The notes under the pieces: model-generated
What the model was told of the DNA's origin: nothing
What the model saw: the letters and a program-made list of their open reading frames with translations, nothing else
The model's database searches: none
In this document: positions 44,048 through 54,140 of the stretch, piece by piece
Numbering within the stretch: the first letter of the stretch is position 1
Layout: the number at the start of each line of letters is the position of its first letter
NCBI GenBank assembly: GCA_041178545.1
Contig: JBEGVB010000009.1
Location: 33,276-97,275 of the forward strand
Source of the DNA: Planctomycetota bacterium
GTDB lineage: Bacteria; Planctomycetota; UBA1135; UBA2386
Direction of reading: 5' to 3'
Length of the DNA: 64,000 nt
Translations under genes and position numbers: made by a program

Positions 44048-46969
44048 ATGCCCAGTGACCGTGTCCCCAACCTGTCCCGGGGTCCTCTCTCCCGATCCGC
44101 TCCCGTCCTCGGCCTCGCGCTGGTTGTCGCCTCCTGCGGCGGCGGCTCGGCCGGTGACCCGGACAACCGCGGCGACTTCAAGGTGGCGTCCATCAGCACC
44201 GGCCGCGGCACCATCTACCCGTACCGCATCCGGCAGGTCGACAGCTTCGGCAACCCGACGCCCGAGGTCCTCAACATCGAGGACATCCAGACGCTGCAGG
44301 ACAACCTGACCGACGTGAACCCGGTGCTGCCGGTCGCCACGCTGGGCACCACGGCCGAACTGCCCGACGGCACCCCCGGCAACCAGTTCCTGGCCTTCGA
44401 GTTCACGCACAAGCTCGACGTGGAGTCGATCCTCAGCCCGCTGCTGGCGAACCAGTCCAACGCGGGCCTCACGGGCGCGCTCAACGTGCTCGGGTACGAC
44501 ACTTCGACCGAGGCCACCTCCACGTTGTCCGGGCGTGGCTTCGTCAACGGCTACACCTACTTCAACGAGGCCGGCGTGCTCGTGAAGGTGAAGGCCGTCG
44601 AGGCAGACGGCGAGTTCGTCCGCATCCTGGATGCACGTGCGTCCGGCTTCCCCAACTACCAGGGTGCCGCGGCACTCGTGGGCAAGAAGTCGTTCGTCTT
44701 CGTCGCCGACGACGACAACAACCTGCAGACGCTCGACATCTTCCCCTCGGACAAGCTCCTCCGCATCGTCGTGAGCAACGCGGTGCGCGACACCGAGAAC
44801 GACCCGCTCGACCTCGAGGTCACGACGGCGACGACGGTGGGGGACGACACCACGCCGCCACAGGTGATCGGCTACACCGCGATCCCGGACATCACCCCGG
44901 GCAACGGCCAGACCAACGTCGACCCGACCACGCAGATCCAGGTGCGGTTCAACAAGCCCGTGCAGCCCGGTGACGTGGGTGCGTTCTTCGACCCGCAGGT
45001 GTTCACCCCGCCCCTCGGCGGCCTGTCCATCTCGGTGACTTCGGCTGCGCGCACGTTCGGGCTGCTCTACTCGGCGGACCCGTTCTCCTACGGCGACTTC
45101 TGCAACTACCGAATCACCCCGGCCTACAACCTGCCCGGCCAGGCCTCGGTCACCGTGACCGTCCAGAACACCACCATCCGCAGCCTCAACCAGGTGCTGG
45201 TGGGGACCGCGGTGAGCAGCTCGTTCACCACCAGTGACGGCCCGGGCATCGTCAACGCGCCCGTCGCCCCCGAGGCCATCTACGTGGGCGTCGGCGGTGC
45301 GACTCCGGGTGTGTCGGTCATCGACCTCAACGGCTTCGGCCAGGGCACCGGCGACCTCACCAGCACCAGGTTCCCGCTCAACCCCAACATCGGCCAGCCC
45401 GGCGTCAACCCGCCGCTCTCGCCCGGGACGACCAACCTCGACGCCGGCAGCGGCGGCGCCCTCACGCTGGTGAAGGACTCGCAACTCAACACCCTGCTGG
45501 TCCGCTCGCCGCTCGTGGGCAGCGTCTCGGACATCCAGGTCGGGGCACCGCTCGACCTGGTGTTCAACAACGAGAACATCAACGTCAACGCGTCGGCCTC
45601 CAACCAGGTCAACGCGGGCACCGGTCTCGTCTCCGCCGGCAACTGCATCTTCTCGGCGCCGCACCCCAACCCGCCGCGCCTCGTGTTCCCGCCGCCCAAC
45701 CCGGACCGCGCCATCTTCGGTGAGGAACCCACGGTGTCCGGCGGCTTGAACCTGCTGCAGCAGGGCAACCCGTTCAGCTCGGTGCAGGGGGAGCTCGGCA
45801 TCTTCGGCACCAGCGCGATCACGTTCGTCGGCCCCGCGCCGCCCCCGAACCAGCCGCCGCCGCCGCCGCAGTTCACGCCCTTCAACGTGCGCCAGCAGGT
45901 TGGGCACTTCCTCTACGTGCTGGACTCCGAGAACCGCCGCGTCTTGGTGCTCAACAGCAACCGCTTCACGGTGCTGGACACCATCAACTTCCCCGGGCCC
46001 GTCGACCTCAGCATCAGCCCCAACATCAAGCTGATGGCGGTCGCCAACTACGCCGGCTCGACGGTGAGCTTCCTCGACATCGACCCGCTGAGCTCGCGCT
46101 TCCACCAGATCGTGGGTGAGGCGCGCGTGCAGGCAGGTCCCATCAAGGTGTCCTGGCAGCCGGACGGCGAGGACGTGATCGCAGTGTGCGAGGGGTCGAA
46201 CTTCCTGAGCATCATCAGTGCGTCCGACCTGAGCGTCCGTCGCTCGGTGGCAGGCTTCCTCAACAGCCCGATCGACATCGCGGTCACCCCGCGCTTCGTG
46301 GCCACGGGTTTCACGCAGGGCGTCTACTACGCCTACGTGCTCAACGCCAACGGCTCGGTGGCGATCTACGAGTCGGGTCCCGACGGCGTGAACGGCATCG
46401 GGTTCAACGACATGGTGGGGCAGATCCCCAACGTGACGTTCCCGCGCGCCCGCGGCATCCGCTACGACTACGCGTCGCAGAATGGTTCGGCCTACATCGG
46501 CCACGTGGACGAGAACGGGCTCGGTGTCGTGTCCCGCCTCGACCTCACCTCGTCGCCGACGGGCCCGCAGCCGCTGAACGCCAACTCGGGCGGCTTCGTG
46601 CTGCCGCCGACCTTCCGCCAGAAGGAGTACGGCGTCAACGTCCGGTTCGGCGGGACCAGCGCCACGACCCCGCTGCGCGACCTGCTCTCGGGCAACGCCA
46701 TTGCCGACGTGTGCACCGACGAGCTCGTCAACCTCGGCGGAGCGCTCGGCCAGGCCACGCAGTACAACACCGGCCTCTCGGTGCCGTCGTTCCGCCACTC
46801 CGGCAAGGACGGCGTGAAGGGCACTGCGCCGGCGATCACGCCGCGCCTCCTGTTCGTTGCGTACTCGGACGTCGGCAAGATCGACGTCATCGAGATCATC
46901 TCGGGCCGCAAGATCACCGCGATCCAGGCCCCCGGCGTGCGCAGCGTCTCCGGTTACTGGAGACAGTGA
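44048..46969 (+). CDS. large lipoprotein with Ig-like (Big_5/SbsA-type) and YVTN-type beta-propeller regions
   Basis: ATG at 44048, 973 aa. LGLALVVASCGGG lipobox, TPPQVIGYTAIPDITPGNGQTNVDPTTQIQVRFNKPV (Big_5-like), repeated ...VLDTINFPGPVDLSISPN..VANYAGSTVSFLD... propeller-like blades. Confidence 0.7.
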   Translation: MPSDRVPNLSRGPLSRSAPVLGLALVVASCGGGSAGDPDNRGDFKVASISTGRGTIYPYRIRQVDSFGNPTPEVLNIEDIQTLQDNLTDVNPVLPVATLGTTAELPDGTPGNQFLAFEFTHKLDVESILSPLLANQSNAGLTGALNVLGYDTSTEATSTLSGRGFVNGYTYFNEAGVLVKVKAVEADGEFVRILDARASGFPNYQGAAALVGKKSFVFVADDDNNLQTLDIFPSDKLLRIVVSNAVRDTENDPLDLEVTTATTVGDDTTPPQVIGYTAIPDITPGNGQTNVDPTTQIQVRFNKPVQPGDVGAFFDPQVFTPPLGGLSISVTSAARTFGLLYSADPFSYGDFCNYRITPAYNLPGQASVTVTVQNTTIRSLNQVLVGTAVSSSFTTSDGPGIVNAPVAPEAIYVGVGGATPGVSVIDLNGFGQGTGDLTSTRFPLNPNIGQPGVNPPLSPGTTNLDAGSGGALTLVKDSQLNTLLVRSPLVGSVSDIQVGAPLDLVFNNENINVNASASNQVNAGTGLVSAGNCIFSAPHPNPPRLVFPPPNPDRAIFGEEPTVSGGLNLLQQGNPFSSVQGELGIFGTSAITFVGPAPPPNQPPPPPQFTPFNVRQQVGHFLYVLDSENRRVLVLNSNRFTVLDTINFPGPVDLSISPNIKLMAVANYAGSTVSFLDIDPLSSRFHQIVGEARVQAGPIKVSWQPDGEDVIAVCEGSNFLSIISASDLSVRRSVAGFLNSPIDIAVTPRFVATGFTQGVYYAYVLNANGSVAIYESGPDGVNGIGFNDMVGQIPNVTFPRARGIRYDYASQNGSAYIGHVDENGLGVVSRLDLTSSPTGPQPLNANSGGFVLPPTFRQKEYGVNVRFGGTSATTPLRDLLSGNAIADVCTDELVNLGGALGQATQYNTGLSVPSFRHSGKDGVKGTAPAITPRLLFVAYSDVGKIDVIEIISGRKITAIQAPGVRSVSGYWRQ

Positions 46970-46971
46970 GC

Positions 46972-47946
46972 ATGGGACGCGGGGCAGGTGCACTCGGTGC
47001 CCTTGCCCTGCACTTGTTGCTCCCCGGGGTGCTGCTGACCGCGTGCCGTGAGTCGCCGAGGCTCGTCTACGAGCACGGTGGTGCCGAGCGCGGCGCAGTC
47101 CTCCTCGACGGCGAGCGTGCGGCAGGTCTCGTGTTCGGCGGGCCGCGCGGGCTCGCCCTGTGGCCGCTGCATGCGACCACCGGTGCCGAGGTCACCCGCG
47201 CCTTCCCGCTGGGCCGGCGCGACGGCGAGCCCGAGGACCACCCGCACCACGTGAGCCTGTGGTTCGCGCACGGCGACGTGAACGGCACCGACTTCTGGGC
47301 GGGTGCGGGGCGCATCGAGCGCGTGGGTGTCCCGCGCATCACCGGGGAGACGGTTTCCGTGTCGCACCGGTGGGTCGCACCCGACGGCACCGAGGTCGCA
47401 ACGGACGTGCGCGACCTGCGGTTCGAGCAGGGCCGCACGGGGCGCGGGGCGCGCTGGCGCTCTGTGGACGCTGCAGTGGGACTGCGCGCACCCCACGGCC
47501 CGCTGCGCATCGGCGACACCAAGGAGGGCACGTTTGCCGTGCGGCTGCGTCCCGAGTTCTGCCTCGTGGGGGACAAGGCGGCAGGTGTCCTGCGCAATGC
47601 CGCCGGCGACCGCGGCAACGACGCGTGGGGCAGGCGCGCACGATGGGTGGCCTGGCAGGCCGAGGTGGAGGGGGCAATCCTCACCCTCGCGATGTTCGAC
47701 CACCCGCGCAACCACGGCCACCCGACCCCCTGGCACGCGCGTGGCTACGGCCTCTGTGCCGCCAACCCGTTCGGCGTCCACGACTTCGAGAAGCTGCCGC
47801 CGGGCACCGGCGAGCTGGTGGTCCCGCACGGCGGCGTGCTGGCGTTCCGCCACTGCGTGTGGGTCGTCGAGGGTGCCGTGTCCGACGCGGAACTCGATGC
47901 GGTCTGGCAGGACTGGCAGGCGCAGCCGTCACCCGGCTCAGGTTGA
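46972..47946 (+). CDS. PmoA-family (PF14100/DUF6807-like) protein, second paralog
   Basis: ATG 2 nt after the upstream stop, 324 aa. LLTAC lipobox-like, EDHPHHVSLWFAHGDVNGTDFW, DHPRNHGHPTPWHARGYGLCAANPFG. Confidence 0.7.
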   Translation: MGRGAGALGALALHLLLPGVLLTACRESPRLVYEHGGAERGAVLLDGERAAGLVFGGPRGLALWPLHATTGAEVTRAFPLGRRDGEPEDHPHHVSLWFAHGDVNGTDFWAGAGRIERVGVPRITGETVSVSHRWVAPDGTEVATDVRDLRFEQGRTGRGARWRSVDAAVGLRAPHGPLRIGDTKEGTFAVRLRPEFCLVGDKAAGVLRNAAGDRGNDAWGRRARWVAWQAEVEGAILTLAMFDHPRNHGHPTPWHARGYGLCAANPFGVHDFEKLPPGTGELVVPHGGVLAFRHCVWVVEGAVSDAELDAVWQDWQAQPSPGSG

Positions 47947-48001
47947 TTGCTGCTTCGTCCCAGCGGGTTGCGGTTCGTCCGGCACCGGCCACAATCCCTG
48001 C

Positions 48002-49177
48002 ATGAGTGACAACGGCACGGGCTGGTTGGTTGCGCTGGGGGCAGGCCTGGTGTTCGCGGCCGCTCCGCAGCCCCGCGCCCAGGATCCGCAGCCGACACCC
48101 GCAGCACCCGCGCCAGCACCCGTCAAGGTCGACTTCGTGCGCGATGTTGCCCCGCTGCTCTGGCAGCGTTGCGTGCACTGCCACGGTGCCGGCAAGGACA
48201 AGGGCGACCTGCGGCTCGATGCCAGGGAGCACGTCCTCGGTGCGGAGGCCTCCAGCATCGTGCCGGGCAGGCCCGAGGAGAGCCTGTTGGTCGAGCGCAT
48301 CCTGCTGCCGGTCACCGACGAGGAACGCATGCCGGCCGAGGGCGAACCGCTGTCACCCAAGCAGGTGGAGATCCTCCGCTCGTGGATCGCACAGGGCGCA
48401 GAGTGGCCGGAGGCCGGCGAGCAGTGGTTCCGCGAGGCCTACGACCGGCTTGCCTCCAAGAGCCCCACCGTGCCGGAACTCGGTGCTGCCGAGGCCGCGG
48501 CCGTCGACGAGGCACGTGTGCGGCTGGTCGCGCGCGGGGTCGTGGCCCAGCCGCTTGCCGACGACACCAAGGCCCTGGACGTCAACTTCAGCCCGCTGGG
48601 TGCCAAGGCCACCGACGAGTTGTGGGCGCTGGCCCTGCCGCTGGGCAGCCAGGTCGTGTGGCTCAACCTTGCGCGCAGTGCCGTGACGCCGACGGCCCTC
48701 TCGGGGATCGGTGCCTTCGCCAGCCTGCAGCGCCTCAACCTGTCGGGTACGGCGGTGGGGGACGAGGCCATGGAACACGTGGCCGCGCTCCCGAACTTGC
48801 AGGTCCTCCAACTCGTCTCCACGCGCGTCACCGACCAGGGGCTGCGGCGCCTCCACGGCACGCGCTCGCTCCAGCGCGTCTACCTGTGGGGCAGCGCGGT
48901 CTCTGCAGAGGGAGCCGCCGCCCTGGCTGCAGCCCTGCCCGGCGTGAAGGTGGACCACGGCGCGTACGTCAACGAGCGCGTGCAGGCGGCCGCAGCAAGG
49001 CCAGTCGCGGAGCCCAAGCAGCCTGCCGTGGTGCTGGCGCAGCCCCAGTGCCCGGTCAGCGGCAAGCCTGCCGACCCGGCGCACGTGTTCGTCCACGAGG
49101 GGAAGACCTACGGGTTCTGCTGCGCCAACTGCCTGGCGCAGTTCCGCTCCGACCCGAAGAAGTACCTCGGCCGCTGA
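48002..49177 (+). CDS. PSCyt1 (CxxCH) - leucine-rich repeat - YHS/TRASH-like metal-binding domain fusion protein
   Basis: ATG at 48002, 391 aa. VAPLLWQRCVHCHGAGKDKGDLRLD...PGRPEESLL...MPAEGEPLSPKQVEILRSWI, LRR (LNLARSAVTPT..LQRLNLSGTAVGDE..LQVLQLVSTRVTDQ), C-terminal CPVSGKPADPAHVFVHEGKTYGFCCANCLAQFRSDPKKYL. Confidence 0.8.
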   Translation: MSDNGTGWLVALGAGLVFAAAPQPRAQDPQPTPAAPAPAPVKVDFVRDVAPLLWQRCVHCHGAGKDKGDLRLDAREHVLGAEASSIVPGRPEESLLVERILLPVTDEERMPAEGEPLSPKQVEILRSWIAQGAEWPEAGEQWFREAYDRLASKSPTVPELGAAEAAAVDEARVRLVARGVVAQPLADDTKALDVNFSPLGAKATDELWALALPLGSQVVWLNLARSAVTPTALSGIGAFASLQRLNLSGTAVGDEAMEHVAALPNLQVLQLVSTRVTDQGLRRLHGTRSLQRVYLWGSAVSAEGAAALAAALPGVKVDHGAYVNERVQAAAARPVAEPKQPAVVLAQPQCPVSGKPADPAHVFVHEGKTYGFCCANCLAQFRSDPKKYLGR

Positions 49178-49185
49178 ACCCTTCG

Positions 49186-49204
49186 CCGCGCGGCAAGCGC
49201 GCGG
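49186..49204. terminator. GC hairpin between convergent genes (no U tract)
   Basis: CCGCGCG-GCAAG-CGCGCGG, 7-bp stem, abutting the slyD stop codon. Confidence 0.25.
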
Positions 49205-49699
49205 TCAGTGGTGGTGGCCGCCCGGGCCGTGGACGTGCCCGTGTTCCATCTCTTCGCGGGTTGCCTTGCGCACCTCGACCACCTCGACCGCGAAGCGCAG
49301 CGTGCGTCCGGCCATCGGGTGGTTGTAGGTGACGGTCACCTCGGACTCGCCGACATCCTTCACCCACAGCGGCTGCGGTTCCCCGCCCTCGCCCTGGGTG
49401 TGGAACATCATGCCCGGCTGCAGCTTCTGGCCCTTGGGGAACGCCTTGCGGGGCACCACTTCCTCGCCCTCGGGGTCGTACTCGCCGTAACCCTCACCCG
49501 GGGGCACGTCGGCCTGCGCCTTGGCGCCGGCCTTCAGTCCCGTGAGCTGCTTCTCGAGCCCCGGGACGATGTTGGCTGCGCCGTGCAGGTAGGTGAGCGG
49601 TTCGCCGCCCACCGAGGTGTCGGCAACGGTGCCGTCCTCCAGCGTCAGGGTGTAGTGGATGGAGACGACGGTTCCGTCTGCGATGGCGAGTTGGGTCAC
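49205..49699 (-). CDS. slyD: FKBP-type peptidyl-prolyl isomerase SlyD-like with short His-rich tail
   Basis: GTG at 49699, 164 aa. VVSIHYTLTLEDGTVADTS..PLTYLHGAANIVPGLEKQLTGLKAG...GYGEYD...YNHPMAGRTLRFAVEVVEV, tail HGHVHGPGGHHH. Confidence 0.8.
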   Translation of the reverse strand: MTQLAIADGTVVSIHYTLTLEDGTVADTSVGGEPLTYLHGAANIVPGLEKQLTGLKAGAKAQADVPPGEGYGEYDPEGEEVVPRKAFPKGQKLQPGMMFHTQGEGGEPQPLWVKDVGESEVTVTYNHPMAGRTLRFAVEVVEVRKATREEMEHGHVHGPGGHHH

Positions 49700-49787
49700 C
49701 CGGGCAGGATAGTCAGGCTGCCGGCAAACGCCAGCGCGCCACGGCGACCGGCCGCGAAACGCCTGTTGGCGGGTCGCATGGGCCGGA

Positions 49788-49807
49788 TCCACGCGCAACC
49801 GTGTGGA
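49788..49807. promoter_or_regulatory. inverted TCCAC...GTGGA element sharing ACCG(G)TGTGGAA with the glnN upstream site
   Basis: GGATCCAC-GCGCAACCGT-GTGGAATCC lies 45 nt upstream of the GCS2-CBS start in the divergent slyD/GCS2 intergenic region. Confidence 0.2.
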
Positions 49808-49851
49808 ATCCAGGTGGGGCGGGGTATCCTCCGCGCGCCACCTCGACAGCC

Positions 49852-51776
<1,925 letters not shown>

Positions 51777-51780
<4 letters not shown>

Positions 51781-52958
51781 GCGCGACCCGTGTCCCGCTG
51801 CCGACGATCCGGCGGGAACTGGGCCGGGTCGACCAGGGCGAGGTGGGGCCAACCCTCCTCCTGCAGGGCGGCATCCACGGCAACGAGCCCGCAGGCGTCG
51901 TGGCCATCCAGCGCGTCCTCGCTCGCCTGCAGGAACTCGGCACCCGGGTTGCCGGGCGCGTCGTGGCGTTGGCGGGCAACCTGCCTGCGCTCGAGCTGGG
52001 CAACCGGTACGTCGTGCGCGACCTCAACCGCCAGTGGTTGCCCGGGAGCCTCGAGCGGCTCCACCGCGCAGACCCTGCAGACGACACGCCGGAGGACCGG
52101 GAGCAGCGCGAGCTGCTGCGGTGCTACGAGAGCGTGGTCGCCAGTGCCTCGGGGCCTGTGGTCTTCCTCGACCTGCACACCAGCTCTGCAGACGGGCCTC
52201 CTTTCGTCGTCCTCGCGGACACCATCGACAACCGGCGCATCGGGGTCGCCCTCGGGGTCCCGATCCTGCTGGGCCTCGAGGAGCTCATCGACGGTGCCTG
52301 CATGGAGTGGTTCAGCAGCCGAGGCATCGTCAACTGCGCCATCGAGGGTGGCAGGCACCAGCACCAGGACACCGTCGGCAACCTCGAGTCCGCGGTCTGG
52401 CTCGCCCTCGAGGCCATCGGCATCCTCCGCAAGGGAGCCGTCGACCTCGGGCCGCACCGGGCGCACCTGACCCGGGTCACCAAGGGCCTGCCTCCCGTCG
52501 TCGAGATCTTCCACCGGCACGCCATCGTCCCCGAGGACCGGTTCCGCATGGAACCGGGCTTCCTCAACTTCAGCCCCGTCGTGCGCGGCCAGTTGCTTGC
52601 CCAGGAGCGCGGCAACGAGGTGCGTGCCACCAGCAGTGCGCGTGTGCTGCTGCCGCTCTACCAGGCGCAGGGAGACGACGGGTTCTTCCTGGGCCGGCCG
52701 GTCACCCCGCTTTGGACCTGGCTCGCGCGCGTGCTGCGGGGACTCCACCTCAGCCGCATCGTGCGCTGGTTCCCGGGCGTGCGGCGCGATCCCGAGGACC
52801 CTGCCACGTTGGTCGTCGACCCGCGCATTGCCCGCTGGTTCATGCTCGAGGTCTTCCACCTGCTCGGCTACCGCAGGCAGGGTCGACGCGGCGCGAGCAT
52901 GACCTTCACCAAGCGGCGGTCGCGTGAGGAGAATGCGCTGCTGGGACCCCAGCGGTAG
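51777..52958 (+). CDS. succinylglutamate desuccinylase/aspartoacylase (AstE/AspA, M14-like) family protein
   Basis: 393 aa. GTG start overlaps the upstream stop (GTGA). LLLQGGIHGNEPAG, RDLNRQW and LDLHTSS are zinc-ligand and catalytic motifs. Confidence 0.75.
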
Positions 52959-53002
52959 TTGACGGTGCCGGGTCGTCGGCAGGAACCGCTGCCCGTGCAG
53001 GG

Positions 53003-54130
53003 CTAGACGGGCCCGCGGTCGGTGTCGAAACCGTAGTAGCGCACGTCCGGCACCCTCGGCACCAGGTCGGGAGGCAGCAGCAGCGTGCGCGCGGCCCATG
53101 CCTCGGTGAACACGCGGTACTTGAGTGCCGTCTGGTCGAGGTAGGCCACGCCGTCGCTGCCGCCGGTGCCGACGCGGCGGCCGATCACGCGCTCGACCAT
53201 GCGGGCATGGCGCTGGCGGAAGACCAACATCGCCTGCTCGGTCTCGACGAGGGTGTCGAGCACCTGGCCGGGCCAGCTGAGCAGGGGCAGGGTCCGGTTC
53301 GAGTCGATGAAGAGGATCGCGGCCCGCAAGCGCTTGCGGAACCTCCGCTGGGCAGGGTCGGCCACGTCCTCTGCCATCAGGTGCCTGCGTGCACCCTGGA
53401 GCTGGCCGGCGTAGCGCGCCTGCAGGCGCTCGGTGTCGCCCGGGCCGAGGGCCTGGACGGCAACCATCCCGGCCATGGCCCTGCGGTTCATCTCCACGTG
53501 CCCAGCGAGGTACTCGTCGACGAATCGGTCGACGACGGCCTCGTCGCCGGGGTCAGCGGGGTTGCTGCCCTGGATGGGGGTGCGCCACAGCCACTGGTCG
53601 ACGGCGTCCTTGAGGCTCGGGCCCTCGGCCAGGCGGCGTTGCACGCGACGCAGTGCAGGGGATGCCGAGCCGTCGCGAGCCTCGAGCGACTTGAGGTAGC
53701 TGCCCTCGTTGCCGAAGGGGATGCGCTCGGCGTCCTCGAGCCCGAGCAGGATCTCGATCTCGCGCATCTGTGCCGACTGGAAGCCCGACGCGGGATTGAG
53801 CTTGTCGCGGAACAGCAGGTACTCCTGCGTGCGCATCGTCTCCATCAGCCGGAACTGCGATGCAGCGAGGTCGAACAGGACGCCCACACGCTGGAGCGCC
53901 GCCACGGCGCCCGACAGCGCGGTCTCCGGGACGTGCGGCGCACGGAAGAGGTTGCGTGCGGTCACGAGCTCGCGGATGGCGAGCTTGAACCAGAGCTCGT
54001 CGACCTGGTGGATGACGATGAAGCGGACCTCGTCGTCGGACAGTCTCGCCTCGTCGCCGTCGACGCCGTGCTGCAGGTCGAGCAGTTGCTCGACGCGGAT
54101 GTAGTCCCAGTAGGTGGTGGGGGCACGCAT
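53003..54130 (-). CDS. kynA: tryptophan 2,3-dioxygenase (heme), long form
   Basis: 375 aa. FIVIHQVDELWFKL (distal His), FRDKLNPASGFQSAQMREIE, FRQRHARMVERVIGRRVGTGGSDGVAYL (proximal His region). Confidence 0.85.
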   Translation of the reverse strand: MRAPTTYWDYIRVEQLLDLQHGVDGDEARLSDDEVRFIVIHQVDELWFKLAIRELVTARNLFRAPHVPETALSGAVAALQRVGVLFDLAASQFRLMETMRTQEYLLFRDKLNPASGFQSAQMREIEILLGLEDAERIPFGNEGSYLKSLEARDGSASPALRRVQRRLAEGPSLKDAVDQWLWRTPIQGSNPADPGDEAVVDRFVDEYLAGHVEMNRRAMAGMVAVQALGPGDTERLQARYAGQLQGARRHLMAEDVADPAQRRFRKRLRAAILFIDSNRTLPLLSWPGQVLDTLVETEQAMLVFRQRHARMVERVIGRRVGTGGSDGVAYLDQTALKYRVFTEAWAARTLLLPPDLVPRVPDVRYYGFDTDRGPV

Positions 54131-54140
54131 GCCCCACAGG

